Assembly (NCBI GenBank): GCA_944359935.1
Contig: CALVTD010000003.1
Coordinates: 1-48,206 of the forward strand
Direction of reading: 5' to 3'
Source: an uncultured Clostridia bacterium
Lineage (GTDB): Bacteria; Bacillota; Clostridia; Christensenellales; UBA1242
Length of the DNA stretch: 48,206 nucleotides
Position 1 is the first letter of the stretch; each line of letters opens with the position of its first letter. The notes beneath the pieces were generated by a model. It searched no databases. It saw only the letters and a program-made list of their open reading frames with translations, and had not been told where the DNA came from. This document shows positions 46,953 through 48,206 of this stretch, piece after piece. A program made the translations under genes and the position numbers.

Positions 46953-47854
46953 AAATATTGTTTTTAGGTTCTCCAAATTTCGCAAAAATTGTGCTGGAAG
47001 GCATATTGCAGGCAGGGCATGAAGTCGTGGCTGTGATTTGTCAGCCAGACCGTCCTGCAAGCAGAGGGCATAAAATCACAATGCCAGCCGTAAAACCTTT
47101 TGCGCTTGAAAAGGGCATCCCTGTTTTGCAGTATGAAAAAGTTAATGCGCATGTGGAAGAAATTGGCAAATTGAAATTTGATTTGTTTGTCACTGCCTCT
47201 TTTGGGCAAATTCTTTCACGCGAATTTTTGGGATTAGGGCTGGGCGTGAACGTGCATCCATCACTTCTTCCGCAACTGAGAGGGGCAACGCCAATTCAAA
47301 CCGCGCTGCTTGAAAATATGGATAGCACGGGTGTCACCATTCAGCGAATGGTTTATGAAATGGATGCAGGCGATGTCATCTTGCAGCAAAAAGTTGAAAT
47401 CGCTCAGGATGACGATTATTTGTCGCTTGAAAACAAACTTGCAAAAGTAAGCGTAGGGCTTTTAAACGAGGCGCTTAGGCAAATTGAAAATGGCAGTGCG
47501 TCGTTCACTCCGCAGAAAGGAAAGCCAACTTTCACAAGACTGATTCAAAAGCAGGACGGCAAATTGGATTTTAATCAATCGGCGCTTGAAAATGTTTGCA
47601 AAGTTAAAGCGCTTTCAAGCAATCCTGGCGTGTATTTTGAAATAAACGGGCAGCGCATAAAAGTGCTTAAAGCGGCTGTGGCGGCAGACAACCTTTTATA
47701 TCAACCTAAGGATATTATTAAAGATAAAAACCAATTTTTAATTAAATGCAACAATTCGGTTTTGCAAATTTTGTCTTTAATCAGCCCGTCTGGCAAGGTC
47801 ATGGATGGCAAGGCTTTTTTAAACGGGCTTAGGGACGCTGAAAAGGTGGACTGA
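46949..47854 (+). CDS. fmt: Methionyl-tRNA formyltransferase
   Basis: QPDRP, NVHPSLLP.LRGATPIQ, MDAGD. Confidence 0.98.
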   Translation: MKILFLGSPNFAKIVLEGILQAGHEVVAVICQPDRPASRGHKITMPAVKPFALEKGIPVLQYEKVNAHVEEIGKLKFDLFVTASFGQILSREFLGLGLGVNVHPSLLPQLRGATPIQTALLENMDSTGVTIQRMVYEMDAGDVILQQKVEIAQDDDYLSLENKLAKVSVGLLNEALRQIENGSASFTPQKGKPTFTRLIQKQDGKLDFNQSALENVCKVKALSSNPGVYFEINGQRIKVLKAAVAADNLLYQPKDIIKDKNQFLIKCNNSVLQILSLISPSGKVMDGKAFLNGLRDAEKVD

Positions 47855-48206
47855 TGATTTTAGATTATTCATTGCAACAAATTGAAGAATATGCTGTAAA
47901 AAAAGGCTTTCCTGCGTTTAGAGGAAAGCAAATTTTTGATGCGGTTATGAACGCCAAGCAATTAAATCAAACCAATCTGCCAAAGCAAGTTTTGCAGCAG
48001 ATTGAAGAGGATTATCCAAACTTTGAAATTGTGAAAAAACTAACATCCAAAGACGGCACAATCAAATATGCCTTGCGCATGAAAGACGGGCAGGTGGTGT
48101 AAAGCGTGCTGATGAGCCATGACTATGGCAAAACGCTGTGCGTTTCATCACAGGTGGGTTGTGCGATGGGCTGTAAGTTTTGCGCTTCTTCGCTAAACGG
48201 ACTGAT
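47854..48206 (+). pseudogene. rlmN: RlmN-like radical SAM methyltransferase, 5' part, interrupted by in-frame TAA at 48100-48102 (nonsense mutation or sequence error)
   Basis: FRGKQIF, SKDGTIKY; after TAA the frame continues [29 protein letters not shown] (CxxxCxxC). Confidence 0.8.

Noticed and set aside
48100-48102. Stop-codon reassignment (TAA read as Glu)
   Set aside because: TAA ends many conserved genes at their expected C-termini (rpsJ, rplN, rplQ); TGA also acts as stop, and AGG appears at a conserved Arg in rpsJ.

Overview
Chromosomal window from a low-GC Bacillota bacterium (Clostridia-like gene order; taxonomy is inference), with every supported gene on the + strand. It holds: the 3' end of an rRNA operon (23S end, 5S); an HTH-Fic gene; a surface protein; tRNA-Val; a BclA-CTD-like gene; yqzL-like/recO; the complete S10-spc-alpha ribosomal cluster (rpsJ to rplQ); murB-PHP-whiA-dnaE-pfkA; six more tRNAs; an alkaline-phosphatase-superfamily gene; an unusual ABC locus (YwaF-like membrane domain fused to an ABC ATPase, permease, small membrane protein, large lipoprotein); an M16 peptidase; ppdK; a DUF4116-like gene behind a DnaA-box cluster; and rpoZ-priA-def-fmt-rlmN (rlmN has an in-frame TAA). 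The most striking unexplained signal is non-coding. Four stable-RNA genes (5S, tRNA-Val, both tRNA-Gln) are each followed by an inverted copy of their own 3' region, in three cases also re-created direct copies, interleaved with short hairpin modules. Some modules recur after rplQ. This suggests an RNA-gene-targeted, REP-like palindromic cassette system with no enzyme gene in the window.
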